A DNA stretch of 64,000 nucleotides from Callorhinchus milii (lineage: Eukaryota), in the NCBI RefSeq assembly GCF_018977255.1, contig NW_024704751.1:7130001-7194000 (forward strand), written 5' to 3'. The notes under the pieces were generated by a model. That model made no database searches. It worked only from the letters and a program-made list of their open reading frames with translations, and had not been told where the DNA came from. Positions 24,686 through 39,057 of this stretch are shown here, piece after piece. The position numbers and the translations under genes are program-made. Position 1 is the stretch's first letter, and the number at the start of each line of letters is the position of its first letter.

Positions 24686-27600
24686 CTACCGTTGGTCTCC
24701 CCCACCCCACCGCAGTCTTTACAACTGCTTTCTGCAGACTCGGAAGTTGCCTGGAAAAAAGAAAGAACATTCATCGGATGTTCAGCAGCTGATAGAATTT
24801 TAAAAAAATATATACATTTTGATTTCACAGTCTTGGGCCGTGTAAAATCCAAACACCAGTCAAACCAGATAAAGAAACTTCAAGCAGAAATGCTTTGGCT
24901 GCTGACTGGGTTCATTTTACATTGTGAAGCACCTGTGAAGCACTTTAAGCCATCCTTGATCGGTTACCCTGGCCATTTCTGCAGATTGTCACTCTGGATT
25001 GTCAGGCCTCAAGGTTTCTGGTACCCAGGTAGGACGCACTGGTAAGATTTAGTGATTTTCAGTTAGGACCACCTCATCAATTAAGGTTTAGCTTCTAGGT
25101 TTAAAAAAGGACAAATCTATGCTTCCAAAATCTCACTGATCAGTCACTCAGGATAATCAACAACGTCTCAGTGTTACTAAATTGAGATCACTATTTGAAT
25201 ATTAATGGGTTTAGTCAGGGTTTAGTCACACTGTTCAGAGACTGTAAGCATTATCTCCTCGCTGCACGTTACAGAAAGGTTTCATTTTTACCGAACAATA
25301 AGGCTGCATTATCACAAAAATCAAATTTCTCAGAATTAGAAATCAGAGACAGAAACCTTGAGGGAGCCGTGGAAAGCTGGGCCTATTAATGTGCCTACCC
25401 GCCTCCCCCCCACCACACACACACACACACACACAGCTCTACTGTAGGCTACCTACCTCTTCTTGAGGTTTAGCCTCTCCTGAAGTTTGAAGCGGGGTGG
25501 GTACCGCACAAGCACATTTGTTTTTGCGCCTGTTCTTTCGTTTTTGACGCTTCTTTTCTTGCTTTAGCTCCCGGACTCTCTCTTCCTCTGAGAGCTCCTC
25601 GCAAAGCTGTTCCAGTCGGCTGATACCTTGCACTTTTTCAATTGCCATCTGCAGAGTAAAGTTCATTCACATCTTAATGATGTACTTCAAAAGTGACTAG
25701 TTTATACAATTATTTTTTAAAAATTAGCAAAGCAAGGCTAGTATGTAATAGCCATGTAGCAAGAGGCTACAATTAATTATTAATTAATATGGTTTAGCAA
25801 CATAGAACAAGATTTACTGGAACTGAACGGGTTAAAAATAAAACTATATTACAAAAGTTTACCATCTGTCTCCACTGGTAAAGAATATCACAGCACAGAA
25901 TCATTCGCCTTTCCTCATCCCATTTTATACTTTTTCTCCAATATTCTTCCAATTGCCTTTTAAAAGCTACGCTGGATTCTGCTTCGACCAACGTTCGTTT
26001 GGGGAAGGTGCTTCACGCCCACAAAGAAAGCGACCCGACAAAAGCCTGCAGCTTCCCCACTGCAGCTCTGTCACTATACCAAAAGCATCAGCATATTGCT
26101 TGCTCAGGGCTGCATTCACATTCAGATCAGGGCGGCGTTGAGAGTGTGGATGGGGGGAGGAAATCTGAAAGTAGCTACGCAAGAAAGCCTTACTCAGAAC
26201 TTCTATTAGTACTTAACATTCAATAATCCTCATCAATAGGACACTCGTATACTGACAAATCCCAAGGAATGCAAAAAAGTGGCTATTTTAAAACTGTACC
26301 TCAAAGCTTTTGCGCAATGCATCAATACCAAGGTAGAAGAGCATCTGCCATGTCTGTTCTTCAGCTCTTAGCTTCTGCCAAATTCTGTGCAAGCGCTCGT
26401 AAAGGTGGATGCCGAGACATGTAAGAACTTCTTCTTGTGCAATGTCTATAGTTTTTGCATGCCTCTCCCTACGCCTGGAAACAATTCAATTGATTAGTTT
26501 ACGATTGAAGGAAAGCTGGACTTGACTACAGTGATTTATTTAGCTTTAAGAAGCCAAGATATTAGGGATAACCATCTTTCTGCATTCAGAAGCATATCAA
26601 CAATTCTGCTTAATAACATTCAGTGTTATGAAGTGGATGAAATTCAACACACATAGGGCTACATTGCATAATTATGACATGACCCTGACTGGAATGCAGA
26701 TCAAACAGCGAGTTATGGGTAAAGTACAACTAATCAAATTCGATTCAAATTTAAAAAACGTGCACTAGCATGTCCTCAACTCAGCCAATCATGATTAAAA
26801 TGCAGAGACAATTTATCATGGCAACCAGCCCAGGCTGGGATGGGAGGGAAAAAAGAAAGAAAAACAAATGTGTTGTGTCAGGCAACTGCAGCAGTGCCAG
26901 AAAGCCGATTCTTTTGAGACATCCAGCAGCAAAATTTTAATAAAGATACACATTTCGTAGTGATAAATGTTTCGACCACAAAATATACAGTCAATTCATT
27001 TTACAGTATATTCTGTGAAGAGCTTTGAAACGTTTCAATGACGTGATAGATACAATCAAATTTAAGGATTATTATTATATAGATTTCATATAGCCTGATA
27101 ATTTACACAGATCTTCGCAGTAAAGCAGATTAAATAGACTTCCACCGAATACGACTGAGGCAGAACTGAAACATGAAACACTGTAAAGAGTTAAGCAGTT
27201 ACGACTGCAACCTTAATGTTGGAGCAAAACACAGGATTAGTTCACTGGATCCAGCACAAGTATTTCACATTAAGTAAACATTTGTTGAGAGAAAAAAAAA
27301 GCAACCAAAAGCGCTAGATGGCCCACTCTAGCAAATTACATACTCATACCCTCCTGCAAACTCTGGCTCAGCTCGACCCAACAGATGTGCAATGAAGTCC
27401 GTCTCACAGCAGACATGAATGTGGCGCTCGTGTGGACAGCACCTTAGCCCCTCATAGAGAGCAGCACAATAGCCCTTCTCTTTGCTGCAGTCCAACTCTC
27501 CAATGAGGATGTTGTATGCTCGCAGCACCTTGTTTTTGCAATCTGTGCAGAACCTGTAATGAAATAAAACATGGATGTAACCCATCGCACACTTGAGCAG

Positions 27601-30600
27601 CAAGAACAACAAATTACACTTGTACAGCACCTTTCACGTCAGGAGAATGTCCCAAGGCACTGGACAGTCAGGGATCCACACTCGAGCTGGTCAGTGGGTA
27701 CCCATCTCAGGAGTTGTGACTGGCAGTTGTTTTTATAAGCGCTCCCTGTTCTAACACGGAGACTATTTTTAAAAACATAAACTACCGCATCTGTGTGGGG
27801 GGGGTGATTTCGAGGACTAGGGGCAAAGGGAGAAAAATAATGTCTCCATCTCCTTTTTGGACAAGTAGGTCAATGTATTTCCACTGTTGTGTGCCGAGCT
27901 GGCCTGAGAATATCTGCAAGTTCAACGTTTTGCCAAAAAGAACCTGGAAGTCAGTCACAAACCTGTGTTTCCGTAGATACGTCTCCAGGGTTTCCAAGAG
28001 GCAGCTTGAGTCAATTAAAACCACTTCATCCCTGCATTCTTGGGACATTAATTCCCACACATCCATCCAGCAACCCCTAGTCAGAGAAACAAGCATTTTA
28101 CTAAATAAAGAAAAGCCAGACCCATCCACGATATTCTACAATTGTAATTATAGACCAAACACACAATATACATACACGTCACATGGTTAGTATTAAAATA
28201 TGTACGCACAGCAGAAGTGAGTTGCTAGATTACCTACCTGAACTGTGGTCTCTCTACCCCATTCTTTTTACGTCACATAAATGCTTTAGTAACCATCACA
28301 ATCCAAAATAAAGGGACAATGGGATATGGTAAAAGTCTCTCTAAAAGGTTCAGAATGCATTGGATGAAAAAGAGAGAAGCTTTGTAAATAGTCCAACCTT
28401 CTTCGCTAGACAACGGGGATGGGTATTCACCTGGATTTTTCGCTTCTAGCTGAGCTGCACAAAGCCATCAAGTGAACCCTAGATGTGAAACATTAATTCA
28501 GGGAGAACTAGATAACTGGAAATGCTGTACGCCCAAGCAATTATTAAAACACCAAAGAGGCAAGTGGGTCGAAAGTATCGAAAACTTGGGTTGAACCTTT
28601 CCAGATACAAAGATTCAAGAGAATTATCCATTTTTTGCAGCGCCAAAAGGCACATGCTAGAAAGACGAGTACTAAACACTGTATTTCTGAGTTATAGGAA
28701 CAGGTGTACCCTCAAGTGAATTCCAATCACTTAATGTGCAACAGGAATCTGAAACACCTTTTGAGTTATAACTAGTATTTTCAAAAAAAAACGGCCAATC
28801 TAGAAAAAGAAATTTAACAACTTCTGAAGAGATTATTATACAAAAAGGAGCAGTTGTCTTCAGTTAGGCACTTCCCTAAAGATCATTAAACAGGCCAGAA
28901 ATGATTATGCTACTTAAATGATAGAGAACAAATTAGAGCTGAAATGTCAGTAGTTCTCAAGCACTTATGTTAATACTGCGTTTCTCGTGACAATCCTACA
29001 CTCCCCCATTCACTGCTGGCCTCTACTTGTCAGTCTTTCCAATGCCACGAAGACTGTATTGACTTCAATGAACAACAGAGGGTGCTATGAGCTAAGGCTA
29101 AACACATTTATTTATTTACCCTGTGTATGGCAAGGCTTGGATTCCGACTGAGAGCAACAACCTATAAGGCTGACCATTTATTATTTCCTTAAAGCACAAA
29201 TGCTTATTAGTTTGCATTTAAATTGGCTGACCCAAAAAGATGATTTGGGATATTGCTCCACTGAAACCAGGGCCTCAGCGAGTGGCCATTCTTCAAATAT
29301 GAGCTTTAGACAGTGAGGGCTGGGAGGAGATTTAAACCTTAGGGTCCATCACAGCCAAGATGAATCCATTCACTCACACACTTTAAGAGGAATCACTAGA
29401 TAGTGATCAGGAGTGGAAACCCCAGCTGGCACATTCTCCCGCTAAACCAGATGAGCTGCAGCTAATTCTCACACTCCCAACTGCTGTGCCGGTTGAGATC
29501 ACCCAGTAGGTTTTCACGGCTGGTTCACTCTAAACAATAGCTATTAATTGAGTCATTGGGGGTGGGGAAATTAGTCTTCAGTTTTTTAACTCCCCCAAAG
29601 ATTAGGGAGATACGCTCTTTAGAAAACCTGTCAATGTGAGATCTTGACTTCATCTATCCACTTGTGGCAGCTAGGACAGGGAACATTTCCTAAATTAGTT
29701 TGTCGCAGCCCCACTTTTCACAATTATTTGCTTTTGAAACCAAACAAATTACAATACAGACATTAAACACTAAATAGGGAAACAGGCTCGGAAGAGCTTC
29801 CTTTACACCAGTGGTGGCCAACCTATGGGCCTCCCCGAACAAGTCTAGGTAATTCTGTGTTTGATTGGTAATGTGTTTTCAGTTTTTTCTTGATTGAACA
29901 TCTCTTGATTTATGGCATAAGTCAACAAATATTCAATCAAGAAAATTTATTTTGTCAGCTGACCTTGAAGGTTAGCCACCACTGCTCTATGCTTTTTCTG
30001 GAAAGAAACTCTCATCTTTCAAACAAGGAATTATACTTGGACAAAAAAAACGGTACTGTTGTGAAAAGCTAAAGTCAGGGGAATAGAACCATCGCACATC
30101 ACACACTATGCCTATTTGATGACCCTGTTACCTGTGTGGTGGCTGAAAAGGTCCAAAATGAAAAAGGATGCTACATCTGACTTCCTTCTTGCTCTCTCCA
30201 TTATTTTTCTTATCTGACCCTAGCGCTCTCTCTGCGTTTCCACTGCCACTGTTCCCTTCGCTGTAATTTGCAGAAGAGTTAGTAACAGGCTAAGCATCAT
30301 TTATACACAGTCTTTCTACTTTGCTGCTATGAACTGTACATCAAGTGTGCCAAAGCAAGATTCCCATCCTCGCTTGCATTCTTTTTCTGTAAATTGAGAG
30401 CAATATGTAAACTGGCAGACAGTGGAAATGCTCTGGAGCAGTAACCCATCCCAATACAGCAGTTGGGTACAATCCAGCATCCCTGAGCTCCCAGTCTCGC
30501 CTGTGAAAAAAATCACTCATAAACTGGAAAGGGAAAATGGAAACCTCTGGCTCCCTCATATCTCAAGTAGAAGCCAGTTATCCACCATCTATTACCCACC

Positions 30601-33600
30601 CCTCCATCTACTAGATGCATAGCTAAACAATCCATAGTTGCCTTCAGTTTTGTGCATGTACAAAAGTGGTATTAATTGAAACATTTGGCAATGTCAATGT
30701 TCAGGCAATAGAAGTTAAGTCAGGATACTCTGAAATGCAAATTCCTTTACACTGGCAGTTTCACGAACACAAGTCAAACTGCTCTCTTTTAGCACTGTAT
30801 TTTTAACTCAACAGGTTTCGGTAACAAATCTAATTATCTGTACCTTGTTGTTACTTCACTGAAATGCGTACAGAAGGGTAATGACCACTCTTCACCACAA
30901 GGTGTTGCTTTAACTATAGCCCGGAACACATAAGGTTGAGGAGAATTAATTAGAGCACTAGACAGAAAGCAATGTCCAAAGGCTCTTGGCCCCGTTGATA
31001 CCTTTGCAGGTGCAAACGCTATCAATTCTCTAAGGGAATTAGAGAAGCCGTGCTCCAGCACACAAAATAGACCCCAATAAGTAGTCGTTGAAATACTGTT
31101 TGCCAGTAGCTTGAACTGCCACTTATATATAGATCAGAAAAAACACACACAAAGCAACTTAAAAATAGGTTGATCTCTTTACACAAACACATTTTGTTCG
31201 AGCTCTGAAAGTGATTTTGAAAAAATACAAACCACCGATTCAAGTGCAGAGGAATTGCTTACCCCAAAGGTTTTGGCTTGTGTGTATCTAACGAATGCAA
31301 TTGACACCTTTTGTTCTTTTTACTTTTAGGAATTGCATCGATCATCTCGTTTAGTTTGGACCTAAAAAGAAATGGATTTGAGTTACAAAAGAGGAACAAT
31401 CGGTGAAGAAAAAACAAATACAAAACAGCTTTAATAAAAATGATTTTCTTCATAAATTGCCACTCATCTTCGGCCTGCCTAGCCCAGGCAGCTCAGCTCT
31501 AGAAACTTCCACATATCACTGCACAATGCAGCTAGCTACGCAGAGCTGCCAGAGACAGGCAGGTGCCACTTTCCCTCCAATGTTCCACTGTAAGAAAGCT
31601 CCACAGCATCCATTTGGCACAGCTCAGATTGGGAACTAAGCCAAGCAGGAATAATTTCCCTTTACTCTGTAGCTCTACGTGCTAGTTAACTCCAGGGACA
31701 GTTAGGGTAGCCTCATACACACAGAGCGTGTGTATAAAGCACATGCTCTTCCGATCCTCAGCTCAATGATTCTAACACTTATATATCAGACTCTTCACCG
31801 ATGCCTGAAGCTGCCCTAGTAACAGCTTGCCCGACTGCCTATGGGCGGTCTAAAGCAGTTCTGTTCAGTTGTGTGAAAGTCAGGGCTTTAGACCGGCTGG
31901 CCTACAGGTATTTGTGCTACAAAATACTTGGACTACATTTCACTACTAACTATGCATACTAGCTTCTTCCAGCTCTGCCTTTAAGGGCCTCACCAACAAC
32001 TCCCACAAAACAGAATGCAGCTGCTTCAGTGCAAACTGCATAAATAAAACCCATCATTTTACACATACATATTGTACATGTACAATATACTTTTATAGCA
32101 AAAACAGTTCAATTGGGTTTAAGCACAATTGCATTCATTGCTTATCTACACAATTTGTGTAAATGCGGCCAACACCCCACTTGATGACTTGGCTAGCATG
32201 AGAGGCAGATCCGGTTTGAAATAACATTTCAGCATTTAACCCATTGTCTATCAATTTGTAAAAGATTAAGAAGAAAGGAGTAGGAAACTGCCTTTGGATC
32301 CAGACAAAAAAAAGTTAATGTAGGAATTTTGATTTGCAACCCAGCTTGCTATCTCTCGTCCCTGCATCTGTACACTACCACCATACAGAAAACTCAAGAG
32401 CTTTGAGATACTGTGACATAGGATTATATACAAACACATTTTATATGTTATACATAATTATATATAAAACCTAATAGCAACAGCCAATGGTTTTCTACCA
32501 TTCTCGATTCAGAATTGAGCTTTTTTTCACCAATTTTTTAAAAATATTATGTTTGGGAATTAAAGAAATGCACATTGGCAAGAATGGACATTTAGTGTTT
32601 CTGTACATTTGAAGGAAAATGTGCGAGACAAATTGACGGAAGATCTGATTACTCACCCGTGCACATAAAACAATGTATAGAGTTTTTTTGCGTCAGTCAT
32701 ACAGTTCCGAGTTACTGACAGAACTCCTGTGGGCCCCACCGAAAGCGGTTCCAGGGCTGGGTTGCCGGATTCCACGAGCTGAGAGAAGAGACGCTCCACG
32801 CTGCGTCGACAGCCAACACACGGAACCAGCTGAGACAGTGCACTGAAGACTTCACGGGACGTTACCATCATAGCAATGTTAAGGTCTTGCTGTTTAAGCA
32901 TGCTGTGTTGCTGAAGCAAAAAAAAGTTTCACCATGAATCTAAATGCTATAATATATTCGGATTCAACACACGAAAGTGCAAGAGATTCTGACAAGGTTC
33001 AACCAGTGGTGGACACTGCAATTGAAGTAGACCTCAGCTGTAAAGTCTGTAACATTGTATTTGCAAAACAGAGAAGGGATTGAACGCTGACAGATACAGA
33101 ACTGATTTGGCATTAACCTTTTCATGCAGCAAAAAGGAAAAAAAAATCTCCCCCAAGACACAGAAATACAGAGACATAGAATAGCAAGGATTATAAAATA
33201 TTATGTGACTTATTTCAAAATCCCAAGATTCACTTTGTCTATTCAAACAGTTTTTCCCCTTTTTCAGTTCATGCCTGAAGACCTTTGTCATAAGAGAACG
33301 AAAGGAGATCTTAGAATTGTTTTCACACAGAGAGCTGTTGAAATGTGGAATGCCCTGCCCAAGTAAGGTGGTAGATATAAAATGTATTGTGGGTTTCAAG
33401 AGGGAAGGGGAAGAGTATATGAAAGTTACGAGGCTTGAATTTGTATGGGGTTAGGACAGAGCAACAGTATTGAAAGAACAGCTTGCTCTGAGAGACGGTG
33501 CAGACTCAATGGGCTGAATGGCCTCCTTCCGCGCTGTAATTTTTTATGATTCTATTATTTAGTGTAGAACAGGACTCCTTACCTGCACAAACTGCTTCAG

Positions 33601-36600
33601 TTGTGCACCATTAACCTGCTGTCCTTCAAGGTTTAATATATTATCAGAGAATTCCATCACCATCTGGAAGAAAAAAAATTACTGTGATAAGGGGGAAAAA
33701 TGGGATTGAATTTTGCACAAAACACACAATTGCTTAAAATCTGTTAAGTCAATTCCTTCCTTTAATCAAAACCTTCACAAGCCAGTTTGCCACAGACGAG
33801 CCAAGATCAGGCGACAGTACCCATCTCACAGTCTTTATTTCACAACATAGACAACGTCTTTCACACGAAACGTTACTCTTTGAAGTGCTTCACAAAACAG
33901 CAATTGCAAAAGAAGTAAATGTTATGTAGGCAAAAGCGGATTTGAACCAGTAACGTCCTAGTGTTTTCAGTCTCTGCAAATAACCAAAACAAATAGCCAA
34001 CTGTTCTCACCAAGCCCAATGTTAAAATTAAGTATTTGACAAATGGCACATATAGTAAACAACAATTTTCAACAATTTGTATATAATGTGCAAGACTAAC
34101 ACACCCTTACTTTAGCAGTTTAGATTTTTTAATGGTTTCGATATTATGGCAGGAGTACAATACCCTCCCATGTTTAGAATCTGGGTTCATATCCAGTTCA
34201 AAACTAATGGCATGAAGATCTATTTTAAGGGCCTAATATAAAATGCATTGCCTAATAAAAATAAATAATAATCCTTGCATTTGATATTACGCTTTTAATG
34301 TCTTCTAGACGTCTCAAAGCGCTTCACAGAATATACTGTAAAGTGAAATGATTATATCTGTGGGCAAAACGCGGCAGTCAATTGCACACAGCAATGTCCC
34401 ACAAACAGTCGTGGACTGAAGTGACCAATTGTATTATTGTTTTTTTTCTTGAGGGATTATCATCAGGCATGTGGAGTAAGGAAACTTGCCCAAGGTTTCG
34501 CCCTGTCGGGAATCAAACCCAGGTCTCTCGCTTGCGAGACGAGTGCTCTAACCAGCCATTGGTGCTACTGGACTTGTGTAATCAGGTTGATCCCACAGTT
34601 CAAAATTTCCCCTGGTGCGATTCAGAAAGCTCACTCAAAAGAGACAGCAATAACAACAGACTGAGAAATAGAAGCAATACAGTGATGCAATACAGAAAGC
34701 AATAGGAGGGGTGGGACTATCGCTGCTTGGTGGGAAAGCAGGATCCCAACAAGTTTGGTGGGAAGCTTTATTGTACAGCTGGTTGGTACATGACGTGGGA
34801 AGTGCTTCATACAAACACTTGAAGTGAATCAAACATTTTCTTAATGTCTTCCAACTCACTGAGCAGAAAAATTAATACCAAAAAGGAAGTCTTCCTGCAC
34901 CCCCCCGATTCATTTTGAGAACCTCGTACCTCAAGCAATATGCTGGAAATAGGTCCTTTTGTTGGTGCCAGCTGATTAAATTCAGCTTTCAGCTTATAGT
35001 ACCTAATACATCTCAATTGCATTTTTTCCTTAAAATTACGATTGAGTAAGGGGCTAATGGATTTTGTAGCATATTCGCTGGAGCACTCGCATTGCAAGCG
35101 AGAAGACCTGGGTTTGATTCCCGGGCAGGGCGAAATGTTAGGCAAGTTTCCTTACTCCACACACCTGTTTACCTGGCAGTGTGTAGGAACCCGTTTGTTA
35201 GTCGATTGGCGAATCGCTTTTCCAGGGATAATAATCCTTCCAAAAAAAATGCACACAGCGCCACTGGCCCTTTCCTTCCCCCTGGAACCACCACTGATAA
35301 GAAATACACATGAAATTTCGCCACCTCGCTAAGGTAATTGTGGAGCAATGCTCCGACATGCATCAATCTCACACGACTGTAAATGCAGTTTTATTGGTCT
35401 GCTATTTTCATGAAATGCAATAAGCAGCCTTGTTATCTTACAACAACTTTTGGGAGGATAGAAAACTTGCAACAACAAAAAAGCCATTCAACTGGTAAAA
35501 TACATGACCAGGCACTCACAGAACTGTACTTAGCAAGAATCTGGTGAGGAGCAGCGCATGACAGAACTGGCATACAAGTGCATTTAGAGAAGGTGAAGGG
35601 TTTTCCCTGTTGAGTTGTTGGTTGTTTGTGAGCTAAGTGCTATAGTTGCCAATGTATTTATCCACAGGGGAGAGTACAAGCAAGTTAATTGCATAATTGC
35701 ATTTCAGGTTAGATAGTATATTCCATAAACCACATTTGTGTCTCGCTCATTATTGTACCCCTTCAACTCAAGCTCTCAGCCACCCAATTGGTCTGAAGTA
35801 AGAAGAGAAGGCCTGGTCACGATCGGAATTACATAATATTGGTTTTAATTGTATGGTTAAAGTCTAAAAAGAAGCAAAGGTTTGTAGCAGAACTTCAACA
35901 GGAACGTTTTCCAATTAGGACCCGGCCTTCCCTGCTTCTAAACAGATATTTGATTGACTGCTGCATTCACCATTATGCGGATTTGCAAATTCCTATTTCT
36001 TCTGAATGCTTCATTTGTTCCAGGGTACAGTTTTGACAAGTTTTTTTTTTAAAAAAGCTTCCTCTTCCTTGTTCAAATCCAGGACAAAACACTCAACAAA
36101 TCATTGATTCTGAGCTCTAAATATACCACTTGATGTGTTCTGAGCCATATAGACTGTAAAGATCCCAGGTCCGATCTCAGATACGTGTCAATTAATGCAA
36201 AACAGATTCTACCTTGTGACAGAACACTAGGCCATAAACTCACAGCCATATTGAAAAAAATCATATTTCAATCCCGACAATAAGGGATCTATCAACAACA
36301 ACGCAAACCTGCATTTATATAGCACCCTTCGCACTGGGAAGCATCTCGGAGCTCTTAAACCATAAATAGCTTTTAAGAGCTATAATACAGTTTAAGAGTT
36401 CCAATAGTCCACTTGATAATCTGCTAATGATAAAGTTGGCTTGCTGCTGATGTTGGCAGTGGATAACTGAAAATGTGTACTGGGGGGAAGGAAAGAAGGA
36501 GATGAGGAAGATGCATTTATGTTTTTAAGCGTATAAACACTAAGCGAATTGACTAAAATGTGGCAGTTCTTTAAGATACAGTAAGGACTCCAGCTCTTTG

Positions 36601-39026
36601 CAGAAATAGATAATAGTGATAAGATAACTGCTGTAGAGGTCTGATGTCAGCAAAACTGAATTACACGGATAGCTTCCACAAGCTGCAATCCCAAACAGTG
36701 TCAGGTCTTACAGAATTCAGTTTGGATCTGCTGATCTTGCAACACCCCACACCACTTTGAATTTGAGGTTGGATTTGGGGAGCAAGAGAAAAATCAGAGG
36801 GAAAGAAAGGTTTGTGGATTAAAAAAAAGTAACTTTGACCCTCATTATCAATGACAACTTCTCATCTCATCATTCACAAACATGATCAAAATCTAGCTCT
36901 TTCATGAGGATGTCATAGAAGTTCAAAAGTAGAAATTAAAAGTAATGGAATGCCCCAAAAGACTAATTGTAGCTTAGCTAAGACAATGGCAGTTGGAGCA
37001 CTAAAACAGCCTTAGCACTTTTTAGACAGTAGAGCAACAAACAGCCAAGTCTCACTCCTGCAAATTATTCAGGTGCATCCTTGCTAGCAAAGAGGGCATG
37101 GAGTGCTCCCACATGTCAAGACTCACATAATAATAATGATGATCCTTGCATTTGATATTACGCTTTTCATGTCTTCTAGACATCTCAAATATATGTCTAG
37201 AATATACTGTAAAGTGAATTGACTGTATATTTGTAGGCAAACACACAGCCAATTGCGCACAGCAGTGTCCCACAAACAGTCGTGGATTGGGCAATATGAA
37301 CAATAGCACCTAGTTCCCATAAAACTGTTCCCCAGAAGAAGGAAAAAGTACACACACACCTTCAGGAGGCAGAGTAGAAAACTGGCAAGGCAATAAAGCT
37401 GAATTGTTGAAGGTGGTCAATTGTATGAAAAACTGTATGAAACACTCATTGGAACACTCACAAAGACAGTTTTAGTTTCAGTACGACGTGTATCTAGATA
37501 AAGTACAACCTGTCTATCCTTGTGCAGTTTTAATGTTTATAAAATATATCATTGCAGAAATGCAAGCAGAACTGTCCTGCAAGATATTCAGATGCACAGG
37601 CTTTTACATCCAGTTTTAAACAGATTTTAAAATGTGCTCTTTAATAAGATTTTTTTTTAAAAATTGCTAATGAGGGGAATTAACGGTTTACATTCCATTA
37701 TCTATTGGAGAAGGACAATTAAAACTGGCAAACAAATTGAGGTTCCATTGCCCAACCAAACAACAAAATATGAAATTTTGATTCATATCTGATTAAACTC
37801 CTTTTTAGTGTTACCATTTTAAATCCATTGTTTGCTGTAATCTTCACTGTTGGAAATTAAATATTTAAACTGTCTGATCAGTAGTTCACCTTCCAAAATT
37901 CTGATGATGCATGTTGGTCTCTATCAATTAACCCACAATGTCTAGAGATTACCTACCTATTAATTTATAAAGTGGGGTAGGGGGTGGAAATTATGGCACT
38001 CATCATTTTCAGCACAGTAAATAAATGGCTAGAATGAGGTGATGGTCCCTTCTCGCCTCCCTGTGAGGAGCAAGCTTAGTTTATTATTATAAAAATTAAT
38101 TCTGCAATAGTTATATGGAAAAATTATACTGTACCAGGTGGGGTACTAGCGGAATCCTAAATATGGGGGGGCATGCAAAGAGAAAACATATTATACAAGG
38201 AAGAGTAATAAAGGGTTGGGATTATGAGCCAACAAGTTTTTCCTCATCAGTGATTTTCCTAATGTATTTAAGGAACCGAGTGTGTGTGTGTGTGGGTGGG
38301 GGGGGGGGATACGGAAGAAAATAACTAGGATATGAATAGTCAAAAAGCCCACTTTAGTTGCATAACAGTAGTCTACATTTCTATAGTCCAAGTATAAATG
38401 ATGCTTTTAGCACTATTATAATAAACCAGCCCGTAAAATGGATTCCATGTTTGGATGTGAAATATATCACTGATAAACAAACAACAGGTCAAACAACAGC
38501 ATGAATTATAGCACTCAGAATCAGAAAAGTTCACAAAAACATTAGCAGGGCTTTACTCCTAGAAATGTGCACTTTTTGAAGTGGAAAGTGGCAGGTTCAC
38601 TAAAAATTTAGATGCCACAACCACATCTCCTGGATCATTTTTTAAGTGCCATTAATTTATCCAAATCAATGCAAAGAAATGACACCCAAAACAATGGCAC
38701 AACCGTTTAGTTAGCACAGTAAATGTGGCTTTAGTTCTCTTAAAATTGAGTTCACTAAAGGTAAAAATACTCTTGCATTTGCTGTAGTACCTATAATATC
38801 ACAAAAAGGCTTCAAGTATAGTGACTGGATTTAATAATGATCCTTGCATTTGATATAGCACCTTTCACATCAGGTGGGGGTGTGGGGTGTCTGAAAGCAC
38901 TTCCAAGGATTTTACATACAATTACATATAGTGCCTATATGTTGCAGGCGAATATAGCAGCCAATTTGCACCCAGCAAATGTCCTGCAAACATCCACCAG
39001 CGAATGACCATTTTTTGTACATGCGT

Positions 39027-39057
<31 letters not shown>

